Made by a program: the position numbers and the translations under genes. Positions 1 to 11,639 of a DNA stretch of 64,000 nucleotides are shown in pieces; position 1 is the stretch's first letter; each line of letters opens with the position of its first letter. The notes under the pieces were generated by a model. It saw only the letters and a list, made by a program, of their open reading frames with translations, was not told where the DNA came from and made no database searches. Origin of the DNA: Octopus sinensis (lineage: Eukaryota); the NCBI RefSeq assembly GCF_006345805.1, contig NC_043007.1, forward strand, positions 50,654,001 through 50,718,000. Direction: 5' to 3'.

Positions 1-418
1 TTTTTCCTATAGTGACAACCTTTGACTCTTCTTTACCTTCCCATATCCTCCTTATATAGCAATTAACGATGATATTTGGTCAAGATTAGCATTCCTCCTC
101 AAAGCTCTTTGATTCTTGCAAATTCTGTTTAGTCAATTCGTCTCCACTGAAATAAACTACTCTACATAGTTGGACAATTACATCCCCTTCCCCTCTTAGT
201 TACTTTAATATACCCTATGTGAGGGAATGTCTCCACACTTCACTAACCCTCCTTCAACAAATTTCTAACATAGCAGTTTGAAGAAATTCTCAGAAAGGTA
301 ACCAATATATATCATCACACATCAGGAAACACACTTTATTATGGACTAATTATGGATAAATGCATATTCTGTGAGTATGATACCTCTCCTTATATCTCCA
401 GAATTCAAACTTTCTTCA
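1..418 (-). mobile_element. Degenerate 3' portion of a Penelope-like element (GIY-YIG C-terminus and 3' UTR)
   Basis: 350-420 (tggataaatgcatattctgtgagtatgatacctctccttatatctccagaattc) resembles 29808-29866, the PLE tail lying between the hammerhead arms at 28.9-30.2 kb. It is joined to an inverted hammerhead segment in the same way. Confidence 0.4.
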
Positions 419-623
419 ATATGGATGGATTTATATTTTCAATTTCATTTTCATTTTCTGGAAAACTAAGAGGTTTTTTAAAATACTTTTTTAAAACCCG
501 TTAAAACACTAAAAGAACTTTCAGAAGTCCATTTGTTACCTAATTCTTATTTTTATAGAACTATCACCAATGTTTCAGGAGTGTAACATCACCCCCTTAG
601 ATGTTTGGAGAACTCGTGTGTTT

Positions 624-712
624 TTTCGGCTGATGAGTACGGGTCACTTATATTTACTGCAATATTTGCAGCCTTAATAAAGCTGTCTTCGTACGAAACA
701 ATTGTACCGAAA
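624..712 (+). ncRNA. Type I hammerhead ribozyme (PLE-type, palindromic stem III)
   Basis: Stem I UUUCGG 624-629/CCGAAA 707-712; CUGAUGA 630-636; stem II GUACG 637-641/CGUAC 690-694; GAAA 695-698; stem III in palindrome ACAAUUGU 698-705; predicted GUA^ cleavage after 706. Confidence 0.85.
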
Positions 713-744
713 TATTAATCTATTCTTGTTGCTTTTTTCTTATG

Positions 745-796
<52 letters not shown>

Positions 797-823
797 AGAA
801 AAAGCAACAAGAATAGATCAATA

Positions 824-912
824 TTTCGGTACAATTGTTTCGTACGAAGACAGCTTTATTAAGGCTGCAAATATTGCAGTAAATATAAGTGACCCGTACT
901 CATCAGCCGAAA
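824..912 (-). ncRNA. Type I hammerhead ribozyme (mirror copy of 624-712)
   Basis: Reverse complement has the same core and stems (+ strand tttcggtacaattgtttcgtacg ... cgtactcatcagccgaaa). Confidence 0.85.
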
Positions 913-1111
913 AAACACATGAGTTCTCCAAACATCTAAGGGGGTGATGTTACACTCCTGAAACATTGGTGATAGTTCTATGAAAATAAGAATTAGGTAA
1001 CAAATGGACTTCTGAAAGTTCTTTTAGTGTTTTAACGGGTTTTAAAAAAGTATTTTAAAAAACCTCTTAGTTTTCCAGAAAAGGAAAATGAAATTGAAAA
1101 TATAAATCCAT

Positions 1112-1221
<110 letters not shown>

Positions 1222-1380
1222 ACACGTACACACAGACATATATGAATATATACGCTCTGTCGTTGACTGAAACCACTAAATGTCACTAATATATTGGGGA
1301 AGATATACGTGACCAATGATCCTCAAGTTTCTTCAAACAAAACTAGTATGGAATCAACTTGCTACAAATATATATATATA

Positions 1381-2110
1381 TAGAAATACAATAAGAGGCT
1401 TCCAAATAGGAAAGCCTTGTGCTAGAAAGAGCAGTAGAAGACTCAAAACCACCAAATAAAGATAAATTTTCGAAAGGAATGAAAATTAAAAACGTCTACC
1501 ATCTCAGTTATTTCCCAGACCATAGTTTCTAACTATTTCCAGCAAAAAAAATATTTGCTGAAGGCCAGTTTCATCTGGGACAGCCTTTCGATTTCAAATA
1601 CACAACACAGCCATATGTAAAGCTAACTGCTTGTATATTCTAACTTTAGACCACTGCGAAGACGCAGATTATACCCGGCGACAGAGAGGATGCCGGTAAA
1701 AATTTCGAACAAATTTATCAGAGAATATTTAAACATAATAAATAATAATAGGGTAATAAGAAATTATTATTACCAGTGGCCTAGCACAAAAACGAATTAG
1801 TCATTAGACTATATATTATTCACATAGAAATACAATAAGAGGCTTCCAAATAGGAAAGCCTTTTTTTTTTGCTGGAAATAGTTAGAAACCATGGTCTGGG
1901 AAATAACTGAGATGGTAAACATTTTTAATTTTCATTCCTTTCGAAAATTTATCCTTATTTGGTGGTTTTGAGTCTTTTACTGCTCTTTCTAGCACAAGGC
2001 TTTCCTATTTGGAAGCCACTTATTGTAATTCTATGGGAATAATATATAGTCTAATGACAAATTCGTTTTTGTGCTAAGTCACTGGTAATAATAATTTCTT
2101 ATTACCCTAT

Positions 2111-2113
<3 letters not shown>
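1381..2113. mobile_element. Fold-back non-coding element with terminal direct repeat plus inverted copy, flanked by (TA)n; PLE pLTR-like architecture
   Basis: 1381-1416 is repeated directly at 1825-1860. 1862-2033 is the reverse complement of 1381-1550, and 1998-2113 of 1745-1860. (TA)n on both flanks. Confidence 0.7.
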
Positions 2114-2155
<42 letters not shown>

Positions 2156-2183
2156 ATGTGTGTATGTATGTATGTATATATAT

Positions 2184-2420
2184 TGACTTGTTCCAGTAAT
2201 TAGACTGCCACTATTCTGGGACACCACCTCGTAGAATTCTTAGTAGAATGTATTGACCCAAGTAATTATTTTCTAAAAGCCTGGTACTTATATCTATCTA
2301 TTTTGCCGAACCGCTAATTGCGGCGACATAAACACACCATCCTTGATTGTCAGGCAGTGGTTTTGGTAGGGTTTTACAAAGACAGACAAATATACACACA
2401 CACACGCACACACACACACA

Positions 2421-2486
<66 letters not shown>

Positions 2487-2600
2487 GACGGTGTTGTTTT
2501 GCTTGACTATTGTAGAAAACACTTGCCCAAGTTGCCACGCAATGGGACTGATCCGGGAACCATGTGGTTAGGAAGTAAGCTTCTTACCACACAGCCACGC
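2184..2600 (-). mobile_element. tRNA-derived SINE, family A (internal microsatellite)
   Basis: Reverse complement of the head gcgtggctgtgtggtaagaagcttactt...ggttcccggatcagtccc; body and tail match the 15643-16050 copy. Confidence 0.8.
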
Positions 2601-2735
2601 TTGTGTGTGCGTGTGCATGTATATATATATATACATACGCCCACACACACATACACACACACTCACACACACATACATACACACACAGAGGCATATACAT
2701 ACCTACACACACACACACACACTCATATATGTATT

Positions 2736-2786
<51 letters not shown>

Positions 2787-2799
2787 TGTGTGTGTGTGT

Positions 2800-3012
2800 G
2801 TGTGTCTTTGTTTTTGTCCTACACATTGCTTGGCGACCGGTGCTGATTTGTGTACGACACCGTAACTTACCGGAATAGTAAAATAGACTGGTAGAATAAG
2901 TACCAGGCTTTAAAGAAAATAAGTTCTGGGGTTGATTCATTCGAATAAACCATTCAAAGCGATGCCCCAGCATGGCCGCAGTGTGATTGCTGAAACAAGT
3001 AAAAAATAAAAG
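2800..3012 (+). mobile_element. SINE family A, 3' half
   Basis: ccgtaacttaccgg...gaataagtacc...ccagcatggccgcagt...ctgaaacaagtaaaa tail shared with the other A copies. Confidence 0.75.
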
Positions 3013-3289
3013 ATATATAGTCGTATGCACATATGTAATTATGTAAATGTGTGATGTGGTGTGGTATGGTGGCGGTATTGGTGGTGACGGTGGCGGTGTT
3101 GGTGGTGATGGTGGTGGTGTGTGTGAATGGGAAAGGTTTCAAAAATGTAAACAAACGCTCCAAATTACCAGTTATTTAAATATTCCTACCAATTTCCTTA
3201 CCTGCCCTGCCTCGGTGGTAATTCGGTTACGTGGTGGATGCTGCATCAAAGCCACACCAAACTTATTTAGTAACAGCAGCCAGACTTTG

Positions 3290-3391
3290 GTATATTATTA
3301 TTATTATTATTATTATTACTATTATTGTCGTCGTTATCATCATCATTATCATCACCACCACCACCACCACCACCACCACCACCACCACCAA

Positions 3392-3430
<39 letters not shown>

Positions 3431-3560
3431 TTACTTCCTTTCGCTAATAGCTACCAGCAGTCCGGTTCACTTCCGATTATTGGATGGATCCAGTCTGTAG
3501 AACAGAATGGCAGCAAAAGTGTTGGATTAAAATATTTTTGTCGTAGTTGAATGTGTGTGT

Positions 3561-3626
<66 letters not shown>
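3290..3626. repeat. Compound (TAT)n/(CAT)n/(CAC)n and (TG)n microsatellites
   Basis: Seen directly; source of the poly-Y/poly-H ORF 3047-3550. Confidence 0.95.
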
Positions 3627-3628
<2 letters not shown>

Positions 3629-3656
3629 GCGCGCGCGTGTCTGTGCATGTAATTTA

Positions 3657-4680
3657 TATTGGGTCATCCCATAAATAATGCGGTTTTTTCAATTGCATGA
3701 ACTAAAAAGTCGGAGGGGAACGGGATAAACTACCTACATCAACTTACTATAAAATCAAGTAGTAATTAAACCTTGTACTTAAGCTTAGTGCAAGTTTTGA
3801 AGAGTGCAGATCGATTTTAACAGTTGTTTTTCAAAGCTATAATGGAATTGACAAATGAGTATATTGGCTTATTTTGCTTTATGAGTTCAAGTGCGAGGAA
3901 TATTAATACAGAATATGGGGACAATAAGCGTAAGCCAGTGTCAACGATAGTTTCAGAAATCCCGAGCGGGAAACTACAGCCTAGAAGACGAGCCGCGTCC
4001 TGAAAGATATATAGAGCTCGACGAAGACATCCTGCAAATCCTGGTGGAACAATATCCCATCGTAACTGTTGAGGAACTAGCAGAGAAGCTTGGATTTGAT
4101 CAAGTTAGCAAGCTGGGTCAATGTGTTCCTCACAAACCTCCCGAGTCTAATCGTGCGCAGAAAGTAAATGTGTGTTCTTTGCTGTCACATCTCACGAATG
4201 AACCATGTTTTGGACCGAATAGTGACTGGTGACGGAGAAATGGGTTCTCTATAAAAGTGTCAAACGTCGAAGACAGTGAGTAGGGAAAGTAGAAACACCG
4301 GCATCCCAGGCTAAAGAAGGTCTTCATCCACGTAAGGTGTTGCTGTCTGTTTGATGGGATATGAAAGGTTTAGTCCACATTGAACATTTAAACCCAAACC
4401 AAACGATAACAAAGGAGATCTACTGCGAGCAGCTTGAGCAGCGTTAAAAGAAAAACGACCATCTTTGGTTACAAGACGAAAGGTGTTCTTCTATCAGGAT
4501 AATGCTCGGCCACATACAATGAGGATAACATTCCAAAGGCTGGAGCAGTTTGAGTGGGAAACGATGCCCCACCCACCATATTCGCCGGACATTGCCCCAT
4601 CTGATTATAATTTATTCCGCAGTCCTCAAAATCATTTGGACGGAAAAATATGAATTCTGTCAGAACAGTACTGGAGGAGA
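3657..4680 (+). mobile_element. Mariner DNA transposon, decayed transposase (DD34D)
   Basis: 5' TIR-like tattgggtcatcccataaataatgcg; frameshifted IVTGD-EKW at ~4222; FYQDNARPHT and HPPYSPDIAPSDYNLF in ORF 4465-4653; 3' TIR not found. Confidence 0.9.
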
Positions 4681-4797
4681 CATACTATTAATCTCTCGGA
4701 ACAGCATAGCTAATATAACCAGCATATAATGTAATCCTTCGTACTGTTTAATCCCAAGTTAATTCTGATCCAAATTCAGCTCTATGATCAAAATCCT

Positions 4798-5725
4798 AAG
4801 ACATACCGATATGTTTCGCAAACTACCTATGTCTGTGCGCCTACGTGCGCTAAGTTTCTAAACACATGTAAAAATTGTATATACAGATGTGTGGGTACAC
4901 ATATGCCAACATACATACGTGCACACACACACACAAACATACACATAAGTAATCAATATAAGAAGTCATATAAGGCCGCGAGCTGGCAGAATCATTAGCG
5001 CACCGGGTATAATGTTTAGTGGCATTTCATCCGACTTTACGTTCTGAGTTCAAACTCCATAGACTTTGTCTTTAAGCTTTCTGAAGTTGATAAAATAAAT
5101 ACCAGTAACCACCTTAACCCTTCCTCCGAGATTGCTCTTCCTTGCGCCAAAAGTTGAAACCAATATAAGGAATTATACTTAGCTGTTATTTATTAACGTT
5201 TTACAAACACTTGTGGCGAGATTCTATCACGAGGTGTTCAGAACAATTATACAATGAAATGACGGAAGCAGGGTATGAACTGATAACTTTCACTTTCTTT
5301 CTGAAACCCTATCCACTCGACTAACGAAATTCACCATCAAGAAATAACTGGAAAAGAAAATGAAGCAATAAAGACTGTATTATATACATATACATATATA
5401 ACTAAACACAAACAAAAAAGATGGCGACCGGAATTATACTAAACAAAAAAAAAATAAAATAAAATAAAAAGGATCTTTTTAAAGTTTGCTCCTTTTTTTG
5501 TTGGTTACAGAAAGTATAAACAATGTAGAAACAGCAGATAATCCCAGCTGAAGACAGGATTAGAATTGTTAAGAAGATCTCCAAGACATACCGATATGTT
5601 TTGCAAACTACTTGTTTGTGCGCCGACGTGAACTGGGTTTCTAAACACATGAAAAAATTGTATACACTCATGTGTCCCGCGTCCCAACATACATACGTGC
5701 ACACACACACGCACACAAACACACA
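4798..5725 (+). repeat. Diverged ~145 bp direct repeat (4798-4945 and 5583-5725)
   Basis: aagacataccgatatgttt..gcaaactac..gtgcgcc.acgtg..tttctaaacacatg..ccaacatacatacgtgcacacacac in both copies. Confidence 0.7.
4970..5165 (+). mobile_element. tRNA-derived SINE, family B
   Basis: aaggccgcgagctggcagaatcattagc head, B-box-like gagttcaaactcc, and the gactttg-ataaaataa-taccagt body shared with many copies. Confidence 0.8.
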
Positions 5726-5766
5726 CATGCATACAGACGCATAGTCACATGCATATATATATATAT

Positions 5767-5847
<81 letters not shown>

Positions 5848-6224
5848 CTCTCATATTATTGAGCACATTTCCTTAAATTGCGCCTTAGTTTTTAAAGTCA
5901 TCTAACACATACATATGTGTATGCGTGCAAGTGTGTATGTATATATATGTACGTGTGTGTGTGTGTGGTTGTTTCTATGGTATGTTTGTCATTGTAATAT
6001 AGACAATTGGACGTATCAGGTGATGTATGTAGGAGCACTAATTAATTTCGTAATACGATCCTATGCTGACATGTAATCGAAAATGTTCCAACAATGATAA
6101 ACCCATATTTGCGTATTTTTGTTAGATTGTTTAATGCTGTTGTTGTTGCTCATAATGGTGATGACGGTGATGATGAAGAGGAGGAGGGTTGTTGATGATG
6201 ATGATGTCTCGTTTGATACATGAT

Positions 6225-6760
6225 TGGTTTGGATCATTGGGATCAGGCACCTGTGTGTCCACTGTCGTGGAAAGAACTAAGGGAAGATTGTCCTTCCTTC
6301 TTCGGGCTGTCACTGACCTCTTGTCAACTCCAAACTTAAAATATCGGACACCCTGAACCACATTTTGTTTCTAAGGCACTAGGAAAAGGTCAATACAAGT
6401 AGAGACATGACAATGTTCTAGCAGAAATTGCTAGTGGACTGATCTACAAAGAGTGAAAGTTAATAAACATAAGCCACCATCAAAGGGTATCAAATTCCTA
6501 AACGGAGGCGACAAGCCCCCAAGGCGAAAGCAAAGGAAGGGGGCCCGTTTTGTACTTAGCGCACAGCCTCAGACTGCAAGATGCTTGTGGACTTGAGTGG
6601 TAGATTGGTTTTTCACAGAGAAAATAGTGGTAACATCATTCCGACTACTCAGCAATACAAAAATGATCATCGTGGTCGAACTTACAATTCCCTGAGAAGA
6701 CAGACTCAATATTTCCCACCAGGTAAAGAAAACAAAACCCTTGTTAAGGGCTAGCATGCG
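6225..6760 (+). mobile_element. Restriction-like-endonuclease non-LTR retrotransposon fragment (HERO/NeSL-like C-terminus)
   Basis: Manual translation gives GRLSFLLRAVTDLL, KALGKGQYK*RHDNVLAEIA and KMIIVVELTIP*EDRLNISHQVKKTK, i.e. the zinc-knuckle region and ELT/PD-(D/E)xK-type endonuclease; contains stops and frameshifts. Confidence 0.7.
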
Positions 6761-6779
6761 GCCTCATCCCTCATCGAAG

Positions 6780-7770
6780 CCAGTTGACACGGCCTTCTAT
6801 GGCTTCAAATCCGGAAGAACATCTCTGGAATACGATAAGCATCAGCCCTGGAAATGTGGATAAAATTCATCAGCTTGTACATGAAGATCGTCGAAGGACA
6901 ATCAACGACATTGCTGATATTGTTCGTCTGTCGTATAGGTCTGTGCAGGCAATTCTAACATCTGAATTGAACATGGAGCGTGTCTCTATCAACTTTGGCT
7001 CCTGCCCCCATGCTGACCACTGAGCAGAAAGAACATCCCGTCGAAGTCTGTCAAGATCTCCGTTAGCGTGCGGCCGATGACACATCGTTCATGTCGAGGA
7101 TCATCACCGGTGACTTGAGTTGTGCCTACGGGTACGACCCTGAGGCGAAGCAGCAGTAGTCACAATAGAAGAAGTCTTCCTCTCCACGACAGAAAAAGGC
7201 ATGACAGAACCGCAGCTCAATCAAGAGCATGCTCATCGGTTTTTTTTCTCGACATCCGCGGTACTCTGCATCGAGATTTCGTCCCCCAGAGCCAGACCCT
7301 CAATCGAAAGTTCTACTGCAACGTTTTGAAGCGTTTCAGGGAGGTCAATCGGCGAAAACAACTGGATATGTAGAGTGCAAAGAACTGGATTCTCCACGAC
7401 GACAATGTACCCTGTCAGCAAGCTCTCCTCATACGTGAGTTTCTTGCCAAAAACAACGTGGTATCGCTCTACGCCTGCCCAATTCACCATATTTAGCACC
7501 TGCAGACTTCTATCTCTTCCCCAAGATGAAAATGCAGCTTAAAGGCCACCGTTTTAACCCTGTGGTCGAAATCCAGAGCGAATTGCAGGTCTTCTACTCG
7601 TTTAAGGAAATCGACTTCCAGGTCGGATTCCAAAAGTGGCAAGAACGCTGGGACCGGTGTATTGTTGTACAAGGTTACTATTTCGAAGGAGATGATGTTA
7701 AAACTTCGGTAAATAAGTTAATTTTTATTAAACATAACAAGTCCGGGAACTCTTTAATACCACGCCCTGC
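6780..7770 (+). mobile_element. Second mariner transposon, 5' truncated, decayed
   Basis: HTH region VHEDRRRTINDIADIV; IITGD..YGYDPE at ~7100; C-terminus MKMQLKGHRF...FQKWQERWDRCIVVQGYYFEGD; TIR-like gggaactctttaataccacgccc. Confidence 0.9.
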
Positions 7771-7789
7771 CACAAAAATTAAGAAATCT

Positions 7790-8042
7790 GCATAAGGTGA
7801 AAGTAGATATCTTCAAAAAGGAACAAGACATCCTCCTCTCCACAATATCGGATGAACCAATAGCCTGAAATGAGGTGCAGACGAGAGCAGCAGAATCAAA
7901 TTCCTTTATACACCAAATGGGCCAACAGCTGGAACAAAGGCACATACAGGAGTGGTGATGTGAAACACCCCAAACTGAGGAAATCAGAAAGTCCACGGTG
8001 ACCGCAGCCGCATGACTGAAACGAGTAAAAGAATAAAGAATA
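7790..8042 (+). mobile_element. 3' end of a CR1/L2-group LINE ending in a SINE-A-like tail
   Basis: Translation FKKEQDILLSTISDEP...RAAESNSFIHQ resembles CR1/L2-group ORF2 termini; tail ccgcagccgcatgactgaaacgagtaaaagaa. Confidence 0.5.
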
Positions 8043-8479
8043 TATGTGTGTGTGTGTGTGTGTGTATTTGTATGTCGATGATGTGTGACTTGAGAAAGGT
8101 TTGGCTATTGTTTTTTGCAATCCAATTGGCTTCCGTATAGACGCACTCTCGGTGGCTCATCGTTTTTTGTTGTTGCTGCTATTGTTGTTACTGCCGCTGC
8201 TGCTGCTGCTGTTGTTATTGTTGTTCAGTGAGTTAAGGCCTGTTTCTTAAACCAGAACTGCCTCCTAATGTCATATCTTTTTGTCGTACAATGAATAAAT
8301 GACATGCGCAAGCTCGAGCGGAAGTAATTTTTGCCATGACCAGAATGTCAAATGAGGTTCTTTGTTGCCTATACACAATAGGAATTGGAAAGAAAGGAAC
8401 AAAACAAGGGGGTCATTGCCTATAAATTAAAGTACTTCGGGTGAGGAGAAAGATTATAGTAAATAGATAACTGTACCAG

Positions 8480-8812
8480 GCTTACTACAATAACACAACT
8501 ACAACTAGCACGACCATCTCTACCACCACAACTACCACTACCATTACAAACACCACAACCACCGCCAACTCCACCAATACCATCACCCCTATTGCTACTA
8601 ACCTCTCTATCACCAACACCACCACCATCACTAGCACTATTATCACCACTACTACCACCACTTCCACCATCCCACCACCGCAACCACTACCATTACCAGC
8701 AGCACCCCACCTCTACCACTACTATCACCACTACCACCAACACCAAGACCAACACCACTGCCACTATTATCACCACTTCTACTACTGCTACTACCACTAA
8801 AATATCTAATAT
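8480..8812. repeat. Degenerate (ACC/ACT)n trinucleotide low-complexity tract
   Basis: Seen directly. Confidence 0.9.
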
Positions 8813-9177
8813 TTCTAACTTTTTCTTTTGTTCCACTCCTGTTGCTTTATCGTCTCTTTGTTGCTTCTTCGATCACTTTTTCTCCTCTTTCTCCTCACTT
8901 GTATTTGTATTTTTTCTAATCCTGCCTTTTCATTATCAGCTTCATCCTCCATCCCATCTTTGTCATTGCTCTTTACATTCCTGTCTTTGTATGTTCTTGT
9001 TGTTTTTGAAGATGATGATGATGATGATGATGATGGGGTGGAGGGGGAGTGTATTATTTGGCCCGCTCAAGGTTAACTCCGCTCAAACATCATCATGATC
9101 AAACAATTTACTGTAGTCATCATCCTGTCTTTTTTTTTTCCTTCTTTTTTCAGATATAGCATATCCGCGGTTTGAAG

Positions 9178-9325
9178 GCTAAGGCGGCAAGATGGCAGAA
9201 GCATCAGCACGCCAGGGAAAATGCTTAGCAGGATTTCGTCCGTTTTTACGTTCTGAGTTCAAATTCCGCCGAGATCGACTTTGCCTTTCATCCTTTCGGG
9301 CCGCTAAAATAAGTTCCAGTTGAGG
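9178..9325 (+). mobile_element. SINE family B
   Basis: aaggcggcaagatggcagaagcatcagcacgcc...gttctgagttcaaattccgccgag. Confidence 0.8.
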
Positions 9326-9789
9326 GATCTGGTTCCTTTCATTCGCAAAATATGCATATTTAAAAGACAGTAAAAAATCTGAAAATCGGCTATAATGATA
9401 AAGTTTTCCAGTCTAATTGCTATGTTGTGGAGAAATAAAAATGGAGGAAAAAGTAACAGCGGTTTAAAAATCGAAAAAACTTTGTATTTATAACAAATAG
9501 CGAGACAGAAATTTTCTGCGTTGAGCGGAGCGGTGTCAACTTTAAGATTGTGCCCTGTGAAATTTATAGTTTAGCGTCTGTGAAATGACCTCTTCATTGT
9601 AGGTTTTTAAATAAACAGAAATGCCTAATAAAATCAACATGTATCATCTTACTGTTTCTTTTGTCTCTTGATTGATTGTATTTTTTTTAATTTGTAATAT
9701 TAATATATTTGTCTTCATGTGTTTACTTTATGCGTATTTCAGTATTATGATAACCTGCCATGTGTTTGTGTACATCATTAATATATGTG

Positions 9790-9892
<103 letters not shown>

Positions 9893-10589
9893 GTGTGACA
9901 AAGGGGAGTCTGTCTCCAAAACTTCAAAGTTGAATAACGTTTCCATTCTTGGATTTTTAAACTAAGATAAGAATTACACTGGTCAACAAAGAATTTGTCC
10001 CAAGAAAATGAATACCTGTATTTTACGTTTTTGCAAGCAGAATTCAAAAAGAATGTCAAATTATCTGTACTAAGTTCGCATAGTCCATTTACCTTCATAA
10101 TGCCAAGAAACTGTACAAACATCGCAAACAACTTTTGCTATATATGAAAAATATGTAAAATATTAAGACAATTGGCAAAAAATATCTACAATAAAATTCT
10201 AATTGAGAAATATAAATTTTTATTAACACGAAACACGCGGGTGAAGTAAATCTCGTGGCGTGCGGGTGGAACACAACACAATGTGTGGTTGTCATGGTAA
10301 TAGACTGTTAATGCCTCACTGTCTGTTGATTAGCTAAAATTACCCAAAGTTTTCAACTTTAATTCCAAATAACATCAGATTCTTTAATTTACGAGATGAA
10401 GTAATTGGTTGATCGTAATCAAAATCTAGAGTTGCATCGATTCACCAAAATTGAAAACAATCTGAGCAAAATTAAAGGGGGCTCATTTTGCGAATGAATA
10501 AGACTACATCCCAGTTAAACACTGGGGTCGACGTAATCGACTATCCTCCTCCCACAAATTTCAGTCCTTGTGCCTATAGTAGAAAGGAT

Positions 10590-11130
10590 TATAATTATTA
10601 TTATTATTATAAGGACGAGATACAAGGCACAAAACAGGTAGGGTCTATACTGATCAAGAGCAAACAGCTCAACATTAAAGCATACAACAATAGGATATAT
10701 AAATAGAAATTAGAAAAATAGATAATTAATCAATAGAATCCCCAATAGCGGGGTAGTCCACAAAGGATAATTCGGGGGTAAATCCAACACAAAACGTCTC
10801 GGATTACTTTGCCCTCCCAGGGCATGCAAACTGCTACCTCCCAATTTCTTTCCCCCTACTTAGAAAAGCATACTCAGAGTAAATCCATTCAGCTTCACCA
10901 TTCTAGCGACTCTCGTACACCTTTTCATAAACACATTAGAAGGCAGCACCTCCTCTTCCCTCACCTTCCTCTTCAAATAATTTTTAAAGAAATTAATGAG
11001 GGCTTGTCCAGGTAGGGAAGTGTTTGTCTTCGACCTCTCAGATTGGTCCACCATGCTGCCTCTATTGCCACAACCACTAAGCAGGGAAAGATTTGACTCT
11101 CTTTTCTACTAAAAGAAGGTCGCACCTCAA
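10590..11130 (-). mobile_element. L1/Tx1-type LINE 3' end
   Basis: Minus-strand GQALINFFKNYLKRKVREEEVL matches the C-terminus of the 38.5-40.3 kb element (AQSLINFFKYHLKRKVRVERQVL); ends in (TAA)n next to a SINE B tail at 10505-10590. Confidence 0.75.
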
Positions 11131-11639
11131 TTTTCTCTATAAGCTCGGCTACAGCTGGACTAGTCTTATAGGAAAAGGCAGCTGCTCAGCACAAGTCAAC
11201 AGGGCGCTAACGCATGCACACTGAACAGTTGCCAGCAAGACGGTTTCGTCCCTCTCCATGCATCTCGGGCAGGTTCAGCTCGCGCGCGCGCACACACACA
11301 CACGCACGCATATATATATGTATGAACTCATACTACAGCATGCATACATGCGCGCACACACACATATTTATGTGTGTGTGTGTGCTAATATCAAACAATG
11401 AGAATGAGTGCTCAGCACTGAAAAGATGGATAACTATGTTTTTTGTGGGTTAACAAGGCTCTGATAGTTTCATGTAATGAATGTTCTCTTAATCACCATT
11501 GAGCCTACCACAGGAGTAACGTTGGTACTCATTTCCATTTTCTTATCTAAAATGGAGATGACTATCAGTGTTCTCACGTGGCTGGATTCATAATTGTTAA
11601 GAGCACTCATTACATGAAACCAGTGGGGGCGGGGGGGGG

